Shown: piece after piece, positions 38,855 through 48,120 of the stretch | How positions within the stretch are numbered: position 1 is the stretch's first letter | Layout of the letters: each line of letters opens with the position of its first letter | Assembly (NCBI GenBank): GCA_040751985.1 | Contig: JBFMFU010000009.1 | Span: 1-51,326, forward strand | Reading direction: 5' to 3' | DNA: 51,326 bases | Source of the DNA: Thermodesulfobacteriota bacterium | Lineage (GTDB): Bacteria; Desulfobacterota; Desulfarculia; Desulfarculales; Desulfarculaceae | Translations under genes and position numbers: made by a program | Notes under the pieces: generated by a model | What the model was told of the DNA's origin: nothing | Seen by the model: only the letters and a program-made list of their open reading frames with translations | Databases searched by the model: none

Positions 38855-40222
38855 ATGGCCAAGGTGGTCTTCCCAGAGCGCCAGGACCAGATATTCGAAA
38901 AGGGCGGCGACGAGCCCTTCCGGATCAGCTGCGACAAAGAGAGCCTGGCCGGCGCGGTGAGCCAGCGGGCCTGCCTGTTCTGCGGCTCGCGGGTGGTGCT
39001 CTACCCCATTGCCGACGCGCTGCACCTGATCCACGGGCCCATCGGCTGCGCCTCTTACACCTGGGACATCCGGGGGGCCATGTCCTCGGGGCCGGAGCTG
39101 CACCGCTACTCCTTCAGCACCGACCTGGGCGAGACGGACGTGATCTTCGGCGGCGAGGGCAAGCTCACCCGCGCCCTGGACGAACTGATCTCCCGCCACC
39201 GGCCCCAGGCGGCCTTTGTCTACTCTACCTGCATGGTGGGGCTCATCGGCGACGACCTGGAGGCGGTGTGCCGGAAGGCCAGCGAGCGGCACGGCATCCC
39301 GGTGATCCCGGTGATGAGCGAGGGCTTCAAGGGCAACAAGCGGGCCGGGTACTACGCGGCCTGCCAGGCCTTGTTTCGGCTGGTGGGCAGCGGCGACATT
39401 GCGGGCATACCGCTCATGTCGGTCAACCTGCTGGGCGACTTCAACCTGGCTGGCGAGATATGGATCATCCGGGAGTACCTGGAGCGCATGGGGATCACGG
39501 TGGTGGCCAACATCACCGGCGACGGCCGGGTGGCCGACCTGCAGCGGGCCCACGGCGCGGCCCTGAACCTGGTGCAGTGTTCGGGCTCCACCATGGAGCT
39601 GGCCAAGATGATGCAAGAGGCCTACGGCATCCCCTTCCTGCGGGTCAGCTACCTGGGCGTGGACGACATGGCCCAGGCCCTCTACGACGTGGCCGAGTTC
39701 TTTGAGAGCCCAGAGGCCCTGGAGCGAGCCCAGGAGCTGGTGCGCCAGGAGCTGGGGCGCATCTACCCCCGGCTCAAGGAGCTGCGCCAGGACCTGACGG
39801 GCAAGCGGGCCGCCCTGTACGTGGGCGGCACCTTCAAGGCCTTCAGCCTGATCAAGGCCTTCCGCCTGCTGGGCATGAAGGTGGTGCTGGCCGGCTCCCA
39901 GACCGGCACCGAAGAGGACTACCAGGAGTTGGCCTCCATCTGCGAGCCGGGCACGGTGATCGTGGACGACGCCAACCCCCTGGAGCTGATGACCTACCTA
40001 GTGGACAAGGACGTGGACGTGTTCGTGGGCGGGGTCAAGGAGAGGCCCATCGCCTACAAGCTGGGCGTGGGCTTTGTGGACCACAACCACGAGCGCAAGC
40101 TGGCCCTGGAGGGCTTTGTGGGCATGCTCAACTTCGCCGAGGAGGTGCACGCCACGGCCATGAGCCCGGTGTGGCGCTTCATGCCCCGCAAGGCGCGTCC
40201 GGCCTTGGAGGCGGCGGCATGA
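38855..40222 (+). CDS. nifE: FeMo-cofactor biosynthesis scaffold NifE
   Basis: NifD-like with CLFCGSRVVLYPIADALHLIHGPIGCASYTW. Confidence 0.9.
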   Translation: MAKVVFPERQDQIFEKGGDEPFRISCDKESLAGAVSQRACLFCGSRVVLYPIADALHLIHGPIGCASYTWDIRGAMSSGPELHRYSFSTDLGETDVIFGGEGKLTRALDELISRHRPQAAFVYSTCMVGLIGDDLEAVCRKASERHGIPVIPVMSEGFKGNKRAGYYAACQALFRLVGSGDIAGIPLMSVNLLGDFNLAGEIWIIREYLERMGITVVANITGDGRVADLQRAHGAALNLVQCSGSTMELAKMMQEAYGIPFLRVSYLGVDDMAQALYDVAEFFESPEALERAQELVRQELGRIYPRLKELRQDLTGKRAALYVGGTFKAFSLIKAFRLLGMKVVLAGSQTGTEEDYQELASICEPGTVIVDDANPLELMTYLVDKDVDVFVGGVKERPIAYKLGVGFVDHNHERKLALEGFVGMLNFAEEVHATAMSPVWRFMPRKARPALEAAA

Positions 40223-41595
40223 AGAGCAACCTGGCCGAAAAGCGCGACTACGTGTCCAGCACCAACGCCTGCAAGGCCTGCATGCCCCTGGGGGCCTGCC
40301 TCGCCTTCAAGGGCATCGAGGGCTGCGTGCCCTTCCTGCACGGCTCCCAGGGCTGCGCCACCTACATGCGGCGCTACCTGATCAGCCATTTCCGGGAGCC
40401 GGTGGACATCGCCAGCAGCTCCCTGGGCGAGGGCGAGGCGGTCTTCGGCGGCGGCCCCAACCTCAAGCAGGGCCTGGTCAACGTGATCAACAAGTACCAG
40501 GCCCAGGCGGTGGGCATCGCCACCACCTGCCTGACCGAGACCATCGGCGACAACGTGCCGGCCATCGTCAAGGAGTTCCTGGCCCAGGCCCGCCTGGAGG
40601 GCGGCCGCGGCCGCCTGCCGGCCCTGATCCACGCCGCCACGCCCTCCTACGCGGCCACCCACCTGGAGGGCTTCCACGCCGCGGTCAAGGCAGCCGTGGC
40701 CCAGCTGTCACAGCCGGCGGCCCGGCACGGAGGGGTGAACATCCTGCCCGGCTTGATCAGCCCGGCCGACATCCGCTACCTGCAAGAGGTGGCGGCCGAC
40801 TTCGGCCTGGCGGCCACCCTGCTGCCGGACTACTCCCGGACCTTGGACGCCCCAGCCGGCGTGCGCTATGAAATCCTGCCCGCCGGCGGTACGCCCCTGG
40901 CCGCCATCAAGAAGATGGGCGGGGCCGCGGCCAGCCTGGCCCTGGGCTGGACGCCCGACGCGCAGGCCGCGGGCCGCGACCTGGCCGAGCGCTGCGGGGT
41001 GCCCCTGTACGACCTGGGCCTGCCGGTGGGCCTGCGCCAGAGCGACGCCCTGTTCGCGGCCCTGGCGGAGATCAGCCAGGCGCCCACGCCCGAGCGCCAC
41101 GCCCTGGAGCGGGGCCGCCTCTTGGACGCCCTGGCCGACGGGCATAAATACCTCTCGGGCAGGCGGGCGGTGGTCTACGGCGAGCAGGACCTGGTGATCG
41201 GCCTGGCCTCTTTCCTGGCCGAGATCGGCGTGCAGCCGGTGCTGTGCGCCTCTGGCGGCAAGACCCCCGGCTTCCGAGAGCGCATCGCGGAGGTCACCGG
41301 CAGCCTGGTGCGCCAGCCGGCCCTGGTGGAGGCCGGGGCGGACTTCTCCCGTATCGCCGAGCTGAGCCGGGAGCTGCGGCCGGATCTCTTGGTAGGCCAC
41401 TCCAAGGGCTACCCCATCGCCCGGGAGCTGGGCATGCCGCTGGTGCGGGTGGGGCTGCCCATCCACGACCGCTTCGGCGGCCCCCGCCTGCACCATCTGG
41501 GCTACCGCGGGGCCCAGGAGCTGTTCGACCGGCTGGTGAACGCCCTGCTCAGCAAGACGCAGAACGATTCAGCGGTGGGCTACGCCTACCTGTAG
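40219..41595 (+). CDS. nifN: FeMo-cofactor biosynthesis scaffold NifN
   Basis: NifK-like (CMPLGACLAFKGIEGCVPFLHGSQGCATY). ATGA overlap with the nifE stop at 40219-40222. Confidence 0.85.
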   Translation: MKSNLAEKRDYVSSTNACKACMPLGACLAFKGIEGCVPFLHGSQGCATYMRRYLISHFREPVDIASSSLGEGEAVFGGGPNLKQGLVNVINKYQAQAVGIATTCLTETIGDNVPAIVKEFLAQARLEGGRGRLPALIHAATPSYAATHLEGFHAAVKAAVAQLSQPAARHGGVNILPGLISPADIRYLQEVAADFGLAATLLPDYSRTLDAPAGVRYEILPAGGTPLAAIKKMGGAAASLALGWTPDAQAAGRDLAERCGVPLYDLGLPVGLRQSDALFAALAEISQAPTPERHALERGRLLDALADGHKYLSGRRAVVYGEQDLVIGLASFLAEIGVQPVLCASGGKTPGFRERIAEVTGSLVRQPALVEAGADFSRIAELSRELRPDLLVGHSKGYPIARELGMPLVRVGLPIHDRFGGPRLHHLGYRGAQELFDRLVNALLSKTQNDSAVGYAYL

Positions 41596-41605
41596 GGGAA
41601 GCATC

Positions 41606-42883
41606 ATGACGGCCAAGGGCGGCAGCGAGGTTCATCCCTGTTTCAATCAGGCGGCCAAGGGCAGCCACGGGCGGGTGCATCTGCCGGTGGCCCCAGCCTG
41701 CAACATCAAGTGCAACTACTGCGACCGCAAGTACGCCTGCGTCAACGAGTCCCGGCCGGGGGTCACTGGTGCGGTGTTGGCCCCGCACCAGGCCCTGGCC
41801 TACCTGGCCCAGGTGCTAAAGGCCGAGCCGCGCATCAGCGTGGCCGGCATCGCCGGCCCCGGCGACCCCCTGGCCAACCCCCAGCGCAGCCTGGAGACCA
41901 TGCGCCTGGTCAAGGAGCACTTCCCCGGCCTGCTGCTCTGCCTGTCCTCCAACGGACTGGCCGTGCCCGAGCACCTGGATGAGCTGGCCGCGGCCGGGGT
42001 GACCCACATGACCATCACCGTCAATGCCGTGGACCCGGCCATCGGGGCCCGGATCTACTCCTGGGTCAAGGAGGGCAAGCTGGCCTACCGGGGCCAGGAC
42101 GCGGCCCGGCTGCTCCTGGAGCGGCAGGTACAGGCTGTGGCCGGCCTCAAGGCGCGGGGCATCACGGTCAAGCTCAACACCATCGTCATGCCCGGCGTGA
42201 ACGATGGACACGTGCCGGAGGTGGCCCGCTGGGGGGCGGCGCTGGGTGCGGACCTGATGAACCTGATGCCCATGCACCCGGTGGCCAACACGCCCTTCCA
42301 GGCCCTGGGCGAGCCCAGCCGCCAGCTCATGCAGCAGCTGCGCGCGGAATGCGGCCGGCACCTCAGCCAGATGAGCCACTGCACCCGCTGCCGGGCGGAT
42401 GCGGTGGGCCTGCTGGGCGCCGACCGCTCCGGCGAGATGGCCGGCTGCCTGTCCGCCTGCGCCCAGCTGCCCGAGCCCTCGGACGCGGCCCGGCCCTACG
42501 TGGCCGTGGCCAGCCGGGAGGGCACCCTGGTGAACCTGCACCTGGGCCAGGCGGCCGAGTTCCAGATCTGGGGCCCGGCCTTGGGCGGCTTCGCCCTCTT
42601 GGAGACCCGGCCGGCGCCCCCGGCCGGCGGCGGCGAGCTGCGCTGGAAGGAGCTGGCCGAGTCCCTGGCCGACTGCCGCCACGTGCTGGTCAGCGGCATC
42701 GGGGAGACGCCGCGGGCGGTGCTGGCCGGCTTTGGCGTGGAGCCCCTGGAGATGAGCGGCTTCATCGAGGAGGCCCTGCGGGCCATCTACGCCGGCGACG
42801 ACTTGTCGGCCTTCCGCATCCGCAAGTCCAAGACCTGCTGCGCCGAAAAGATGGGCCAGGGCGGCGGCCTGGGCTGCCTGTAG
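41606..42883 (+). CDS. nifB: radical-SAM FeMo-co biosynthesis protein NifB with C-terminal NifX-like domain
   Basis: HPCFNQAAKGSHGRVHLPVAPACNIKCNYCDRKYACVNESRPG (CxxxCxxC). C-terminal HCTRCRADAVG. NifX/NafY-like tail. Confidence 0.9.
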   Translation: MTAKGGSEVHPCFNQAAKGSHGRVHLPVAPACNIKCNYCDRKYACVNESRPGVTGAVLAPHQALAYLAQVLKAEPRISVAGIAGPGDPLANPQRSLETMRLVKEHFPGLLLCLSSNGLAVPEHLDELAAAGVTHMTITVNAVDPAIGARIYSWVKEGKLAYRGQDAARLLLERQVQAVAGLKARGITVKLNTIVMPGVNDGHVPEVARWGAALGADLMNLMPMHPVANTPFQALGEPSRQLMQQLRAECGRHLSQMSHCTRCRADAVGLLGADRSGEMAGCLSACAQLPEPSDAARPYVAVASREGTLVNLHLGQAAEFQIWGPALGGFALLETRPAPPAGGGELRWKELAESLADCRHVLVSGIGETPRAVLAGFGVEPLEMSGFIEEALRAIYAGDDLSAFRIRKSKTCCAEKMGQGGGLGCL

Positions 42884-43116
42884 GCTCGCCCAAACAGCGC
42901 GGAGGGCGGGAGGGCCGCGTCCGGGGGTCATCTGTTTTCTTGCCGCCTCCGCAAAATCTTTGCTAAAATTTCACCTCCAACAGCAAGGGGCGGGACCCCG
43001 CCCTCTGGCGCCGCCGTCCCCTCTCGGCGCCCGTTGCCTTTGCATCCGCCGCCGCGGGCGGCGCTGAAGCCGGGGCCTGGCCACATTGACAATGAACCCT
43101 CAGCGCAGGAATCCCG

Positions 43117-44292
43117 ATGGCCCCTGACGCACTTTTGCCGTGGCTCAGGCAGACCCGCCGCCACCTGCACGCCCTTCCCGAGCTATCGGGCCAGGAGTTC
43201 GCCACCAGCGCCTACATCCGTCAGGTGCTCACCGATCTGGGGGTGGAGGTGCGGGATTACCCCGGGCCCACCGGTGTGGTGGGCCTGATCCGGGGCCAGG
43301 GGCCGGGGCCCACCATCGCCCTGCGCGCGGACATCGACGCCCTGCCTTTGCAGGAGCTGAACGAGGTCCCCTATCGTTCGCAGAACGAGGGCGTGATGCA
43401 CGCCTGCGGCCACGACGGCCACGCCGCCATGGTCCTGGGCGTGGCCCGGCAGATACGCCTGGGCGGCCGGCTGGCCGGGTTCAAGGGCAACCTGAAGCTG
43501 CTGTTCCAGCCGGCCGAGGAGAGCGGCCTTGGCGCGGCCCAGATGGTGGCCCAGGGGGTGCTGGAGGACCCTCGCGTGGACATGGTGCTGGCCTGCCACC
43601 TGAGCCCGGACCAACCCCTGGGCGCGGTGCGCATCTTCCGCGACCTGGGCTACGCCTCCAACGACCGCTTCCGCATCAAGGTGCGGGGCCGGGGCTGCCA
43701 CGGCGCCCGGCCCGAGGAGGGCAGCGACCCAGTGGCGGCCGCGGCCTACCTGATCACCGCTCTGCAGACCATCGTGGCGCGCAACCTGCGGCCCACTGAG
43801 GCCGGGGTGATCACCGTGGGCCGGGTGCGGGCCGGCCAAACCTACAACGTCATCCCCGAGGAGGCCGAGTTGGAGGGCACCGTGCGGGCCTTGACCACCC
43901 GCGCGCGGGAGCTGCTGCTCGCCCGCCTGCAGGAGATGTGCGCGGCCCTGGGGCCCATGTTCCGGGTGCAGGCCGGCCTGGAGCTGGCCGAGCACATGCC
44001 CTCCTGCTGCAACGACCCGAAGGTGGCGGCCCTGCTGCACCGGGCCGCGGCGGCGGTGGCGGGGCCGGAGGCGGTGAGCTACGTGCCGCCCATCATGGGC
44101 TCGGAGGACTTCGCCTTTTTCACTCAGGCCCGGCCGGGCGCCCTGTTCCGCCTGGGCACGGCCGAGCCCGAGAAGGGCCCGCCGCGGGCCCTGCACAGCC
44201 CCCGCTTCGACTTTGACGAACGGGTCCTGACCCTGGGCGTGGAGGTGTTCCTGACCGCCCTGGAGGAGGCCCTGGGCCTGCGCAAGGCCTGA
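43117..44292 (+). CDS. M20D-family amidohydrolase (N-acyl-amino acid / hippurate hydrolase-like)
   Basis: MHACGHDGH metal-binding motif and overall M20D architecture. Confidence 0.75.
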   Translation: MAPDALLPWLRQTRRHLHALPELSGQEFATSAYIRQVLTDLGVEVRDYPGPTGVVGLIRGQGPGPTIALRADIDALPLQELNEVPYRSQNEGVMHACGHDGHAAMVLGVARQIRLGGRLAGFKGNLKLLFQPAEESGLGAAQMVAQGVLEDPRVDMVLACHLSPDQPLGAVRIFRDLGYASNDRFRIKVRGRGCHGARPEEGSDPVAAAAYLITALQTIVARNLRPTEAGVITVGRVRAGQTYNVIPEEAELEGTVRALTTRARELLLARLQEMCAALGPMFRVQAGLELAEHMPSCCNDPKVAALLHRAAAAVAGPEAVSYVPPIMGSEDFAFFTQARPGALFRLGTAEPEKGPPRALHSPRFDFDERVLTLGVEVFLTALEEALGLRKA

Positions 44293-44328
44293 GCCAAGCG
44301 CCCAGCGGGCGCAGCAGGAGAGGCATGG

Positions 44329-46101
44329 ATGACGGCGACGGAGATCAAAACCGATGTCTTGGTGATAGGCGGGGGGGGAGCCGGCTTCCGGGCGGCGATC
44401 GGGGCCCGGGAGAAGGGGGCCGAGGCCCTGCTCCTGAGCAAGGGGCCCCTGGGCCGCTGCGGGGCCACGCCCATGGCCGGCGCGGACTACACCGTGGACG
44501 GCAAGAGCCTCAGGGAGCTGGGCTTCTACGGCGAGCCCCTGGACTCCAAGGAGACCTTCTTCGAGGACATCATCAAGCAGGGCTTCTACTTGAACAACCA
44601 GAAGCTCCTGGAGCAGTACGTGCGCACCGCGCCACTGCGCCTCAAGGAGTTCCTGGACTGGGGCGTGGTGGTGGCCCGCAGCGAGGAGCGGGCCATCTAC
44701 ACCACGGGCATCGGCATGATGGACGCCCTGCTGGGCCAGGCCAAGAAGCTGGGCGCCCGCACCCTGGACGACGTGATGGTCCTGGACCTACTAGTGCAGG
44801 ACGGCCAGATCGCCGGGGCCCTGGGCCTGGAGGTCAAGAGCGGCCAGTTCATCCGCTTCCAGGCCAAGGCGGTGGTGGTGGCCACCGGCGGCTGGCACAA
44901 GGCCTTCTGGCCCAACACCGGCATGCGCGACCTCTCGGGCGAGGGCCTGGCCATGGCCCACCGGGCCGGGGCCGAGCTGGGCAACATGGAGTTCATCACC
45001 TTCTGCTGCAACGTGCTCTACGGCCCGCCGCACGTGCTGGGCAGCATCGCCTCCTATATCTTCAGCCTGCGCTGCGCCGGCGAGCTGACCAACGGCGCCG
45101 GCGAGAAATTCCTCAGCCAATACCACCCCAACGTGGCCTACATCGGCACCCACATGGAGTGGAACAAGTGCTTCATCTCCTGGGCCACTCTGCAGGAGGT
45201 GCGCCGGGGCAAGGGCTCGCCCAAGGGCGGCATCTACTATGGCCGGGGGCCGGTGTCCTGGTCCGAGTGGGAGCGGCTGGTCTCGCCCACCTTCCCCAAC
45301 TGGAAGTACAAGCACATCGACCTGAGCCAGATCGTGGCCGTCATCCGCGAGGGCGGCAGCATCGAGGTGGGGCCGGCGGTGGAATACTTTGACGGCGGCA
45401 TCATCATCGACGAGCACTTCCAGACCAAGGTGCCGGGGCTGTTTGCGGCCGGCGAGTGCACCCTGGGGCCCTTCGGGGCCAACCGGGTCTGCGCCGCCAC
45501 CACCGAGATGATGGTGCACGGGGCCGAGGCCGGCCAGAACGCCGGGGCCTACGCCCTGAGCCACCGGACGCCGGAGCCCCAGGCGGCCGGCTTTGCGGAG
45601 CTGGAGCAGCGGGCCAGCCTGCCGCTGACCCGCAGCAACGGGCCGGGCGTGGCCCAGGTGCGGCGCCAGGTGCAGGAGATGGCCCACCGGCGCCTGGGGC
45701 CGGTGCGCGACGGCGCGGAGCTGGGCGCGCTGTTGGAGTTCCTGCGCGACGTAAAGGCCAACGCCCTGCCGCGCCTGGCCACCACCAGCAAGAGCCGCCG
45801 CTACAACAAGGAGTGGATGGACGCCCTGGAGCTGGCCAACATCACCCATCTGCTGGAGACCGCCGCCCTGAGCGCCCTGGCGCGCACCGAGAGCCGCGGC
45901 GTGCACTTTCGCCAGGACCATCCCCACACGGACAATGACCGCTGGCTGCAGGAGAGCGTGGCCCGGCTCAACGGCGAGATACAGATCAGCCACCGGCCGG
46001 TCACCGCCACCTCGGTCACCCCGCCCCAGGGCGTCAAGCCCTACCTGGAGATGCTCCAGCAAATGATGGAGGGGCACTCGGCGGTGGGGGGGCATCACTA
46101 A
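44329..46101 (+). CDS. FAD-dependent oxidoreductase of the succinate dehydrogenase/fumarate reductase flavoprotein family
   Basis: N-terminal DVLVIGGGGAGFRAAIGA dinucleotide fold. Sdh/Frd flavoprotein-like capping and C-terminal helical domain (RGVHFRQDHP). Confidence 0.7.
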   Translation: MTATEIKTDVLVIGGGGAGFRAAIGAREKGAEALLLSKGPLGRCGATPMAGADYTVDGKSLRELGFYGEPLDSKETFFEDIIKQGFYLNNQKLLEQYVRTAPLRLKEFLDWGVVVARSEERAIYTTGIGMMDALLGQAKKLGARTLDDVMVLDLLVQDGQIAGALGLEVKSGQFIRFQAKAVVVATGGWHKAFWPNTGMRDLSGEGLAMAHRAGAELGNMEFITFCCNVLYGPPHVLGSIASYIFSLRCAGELTNGAGEKFLSQYHPNVAYIGTHMEWNKCFISWATLQEVRRGKGSPKGGIYYGRGPVSWSEWERLVSPTFPNWKYKHIDLSQIVAVIREGGSIEVGPAVEYFDGGIIIDEHFQTKVPGLFAAGECTLGPFGANRVCAATTEMMVHGAEAGQNAGAYALSHRTPEPQAAGFAELEQRASLPLTRSNGPGVAQVRRQVQEMAHRRLGPVRDGAELGALLEFLRDVKANALPRLATTSKSRRYNKEWMDALELANITHLLETAALSALARTESRGVHFRQDHPHTDNDRWLQESVARLNGEIQISHRPVTATSVTPPQGVKPYLEMLQQMMEGHSAVGGHH

Positions 46102-46150
46102 GCCAGGCGGCCGGAGGCCGGGACTTGGCTGGCAGCGGGAGAGAGCGGCC

Positions 46151-46477
46151 ATGAGCCAGAAAACGATAGCGGTGAAGGTCTTCCGGCGCGATCCCGAGGC
46201 AGGGACCGGGCCCTCCTATGACACCTTTTCGGTGCCCTGGCAGCCGGGCCTGAGCGCCATGGACGTGCTGGACTACATCTACCAGAACCTGGACAGCACC
46301 CTGGCCTACTACGACCACGCCGGCTGCGCCCTGGGCATCTGCGCCCGCTGCACGGGCAAGATCAACGGCAAGCCGGGCCTGCTCTGCCAGACCATCGTGC
46401 AGGGCGACCTGGTGCTGGAGCCCACCTCCACTGAGCGGGTGGTCAAGGACCTGGTGGTGGACAGGGGAGGCAGGTAG
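46151..46477 (+). CDS. stand-alone 2Fe-2S ferredoxin-like subunit (SdhB N-terminal-domain-like)
   Basis: HAGCALGICARCTGKINGKPGLLC; no 4Fe-4S/3Fe-4S domain follows. Confidence 0.65.
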   Translation: MSQKTIAVKVFRRDPEAGTGPSYDTFSVPWQPGLSAMDVLDYIYQNLDSTLAYYDHAGCALGICARCTGKINGKPGLLCQTIVQGDLVLEPTSTERVVKDLVVDRGGR

Positions 46478-46479
46478 CC

Positions 46480-47589
46480 ATGCCGGCGGCCGTAAGCATA
46501 AGCAAAGAAGAGTTCGCCGCCCGGCTGGAGCGGGTGCGCCAGGCCCTGGGCCGGCGCGGCCTGGACGGTCTGGTGGTGCTGGGCGCCTACCCGGAGCAAG
46601 AGGGCGACGTGACCTACCTCTGCGGCTTCCGGCAGGCCTATCCCAAGGTGCTGGGCAGCGGCGGGGCCGGCTGCCAAGCCCTGGTGCTGGGCCGGGAGGG
46701 GCTGGCCACCCTGGTGTCGCCCACCGGCTACCAGAACCCAGAGTTGGCCAACCTGGACGGCGTGCGCCTGGGCCCAGAGCTGGCCGCGGAACTGGCCACG
46801 GCCCTGCGCGACAAGGGCCTGGCAAACGCCAAGGTTGGGGTGGCGGGCTGGCGGCTGACGCCGGTGGAGCTCTGGCGGGCGGTGGAGAAGGCCCTGCCCA
46901 AGGCCGCCTTCGAGGCCGCCGACGAGCTGCTACAGGGCCTGCGCGGGGTCAAGAGCCCGGCCGAGATCGCCCTGCTCGGCAAGGCCGCCCAGGTGGGTGC
47001 GGCTGCGGCCCAGGCCGGCTTGGCCGTGGCCCGGCCGGGTACCAGCGAGGCCCAGGTGGAGGAGATCATGCGCCAGGCGGCCGCGGAAGCCGGGGCCGAG
47101 GTGGTGGCCAGGGTGGGGGTGCAGAGCGGGGCGGCCCTGCGGCTTCGGGGCTGGCCGCCGGTGACCGGCCGCGCCCTGGCCGACGGCGACCTGGTGCAGG
47201 TGGAGATAGCCGGCTGGGCCGGCGGATACGCCTTTTCCGTGGCCCGGGTGCAGGCCGTGGGCGCGGCCAGCCCCGAGCAGGCCGAGCACCTGGCGCACCT
47301 GGCCGAGGCCGTGGAGTGGATGCGCCAGTCTCTGCAGCCGGAGCGGCCAATGGGCTTCGTGATGACCGTGCACCGCGAGCAGCGCATCATGCCCGCGGCC
47401 CACGGCATCGGCCTGGACATATTCGAGCACCCCTGGATACTGCCCGGACCCGGACCCAAGAAGCAGGCCGTGCCGCTGGGCGGTGTGCTGTGCGTGGAGC
47501 CGGTGATGACCAACACCCGCTTCGGCTCCGTGGCCAGCAAGCGCACGGTGCTGGTGGAGGCGGCCGGGCCGCGGTTTATCGACGAATGA
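46480..47589 (+). CDS. M24-family metallopeptidase (Xaa-Pro aminopeptidase/creatinase-like)
   Basis: Creatinase-N-like domain plus pita-bread fold with metal-ligand pattern (D..D..H..E..E). Confidence 0.65.
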   Translation: MPAAVSISKEEFAARLERVRQALGRRGLDGLVVLGAYPEQEGDVTYLCGFRQAYPKVLGSGGAGCQALVLGREGLATLVSPTGYQNPELANLDGVRLGPELAAELATALRDKGLANAKVGVAGWRLTPVELWRAVEKALPKAAFEAADELLQGLRGVKSPAEIALLGKAAQVGAAAAQAGLAVARPGTSEAQVEEIMRQAAAEAGAEVVARVGVQSGAALRLRGWPPVTGRALADGDLVQVEIAGWAGGYAFSVARVQAVGAASPEQAEHLAHLAEAVEWMRQSLQPERPMGFVMTVHREQRIMPAAHGIGLDIFEHPWILPGPGPKKQAVPLGGVLCVEPVMTNTRFGSVASKRTVLVEAAGPRFIDE

Positions 47590-47624
47590 AACCAAGCCGC
47601 CACGAGCGGCGGGGAGCGAGAGAC

Positions 47625-48095
47625 ATGGGAGCTGATCTGAGCCAGATGCCGACCCTGCTGCGGCGGGAGATCGAGGCCCGTATCGCCGGGCCCCTGCTCA
47701 GGGCCTTCAGCGAGGAGTTCGGCCGCGTGCGGACCCTGGCCGTGGCCGCCAAGGTGATAGAGGGGCTGGCCCAGGAGGCTGGGGCCCAGTTGGCCAAGCT
47801 CTGCGGCGGCAACACCCTGGCCCACCTGGCCCAGGGGCCCAGCCTCTCGGCCGCCGGCGGGGCGCTGGAAAAAGAAATCTTGGAACTGAGCGAGACCACC
47901 TACAACTACAACGTCACGCGCTGCAAGTACGCGGACATGTACCGCGAGCTGGGCCTGGCCGACCTGGGGGTGGTGCTATCATGCGGCCGGGACGTGGCCA
48001 TGTTCGCCGGCTTCAACCCCCGGCTCAAGCTGACCCGCAGCCAGACCATCATGGAGGGCGCGGACTACTGCGACTTCCGCCTCAGCCTGACCTGA
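47625..48095 (+). CDS. hypothetical protein (possibly ATC-hydrolase-like)
   Basis: 156 aa from the ATG at 47625. The track ORF start at 47316 lies in the overlapping upstream gene. Weak family guess from the TRCKYADMY...CDFRL motifs. Confidence 0.35.
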   Translation: MGADLSQMPTLLRREIEARIAGPLLRAFSEEFGRVRTLAVAAKVIEGLAQEAGAQLAKLCGGNTLAHLAQGPSLSAAGGALEKEILELSETTYNYNVTRCKYADMYRELGLADLGVVLSCGRDVAMFAGFNPRLKLTRSQTIMEGADYCDFRLSLT

Positions 48096-48120
48096 GCGGC
48101 CGCGGCGGGACCGGGCGGGC

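Noticed and set aside
42884-43116. Candidate terminator after nifB
   Set aside because: GC-rich imperfect inverted repeats without a clear stem plus U-tract. Could not be supported by eye.
43140-46152. Alternate-frame or antisense ORFs over the M20 and flavoprotein genes (43140-43799 +, 43183-44196 -, 44325-45392 +, 44791-46152 -)
   Set aside because: Low-complexity G/R/P/A-rich translations overlapping well-supported genes.
46034-47825. Minus-strand ORFs 46034-46825, 46728-47825, 46930-47595
   Set aside because: Antisense to the 2Fe-2S and M24 genes. Pro/Arg/Ala-rich without motifs.
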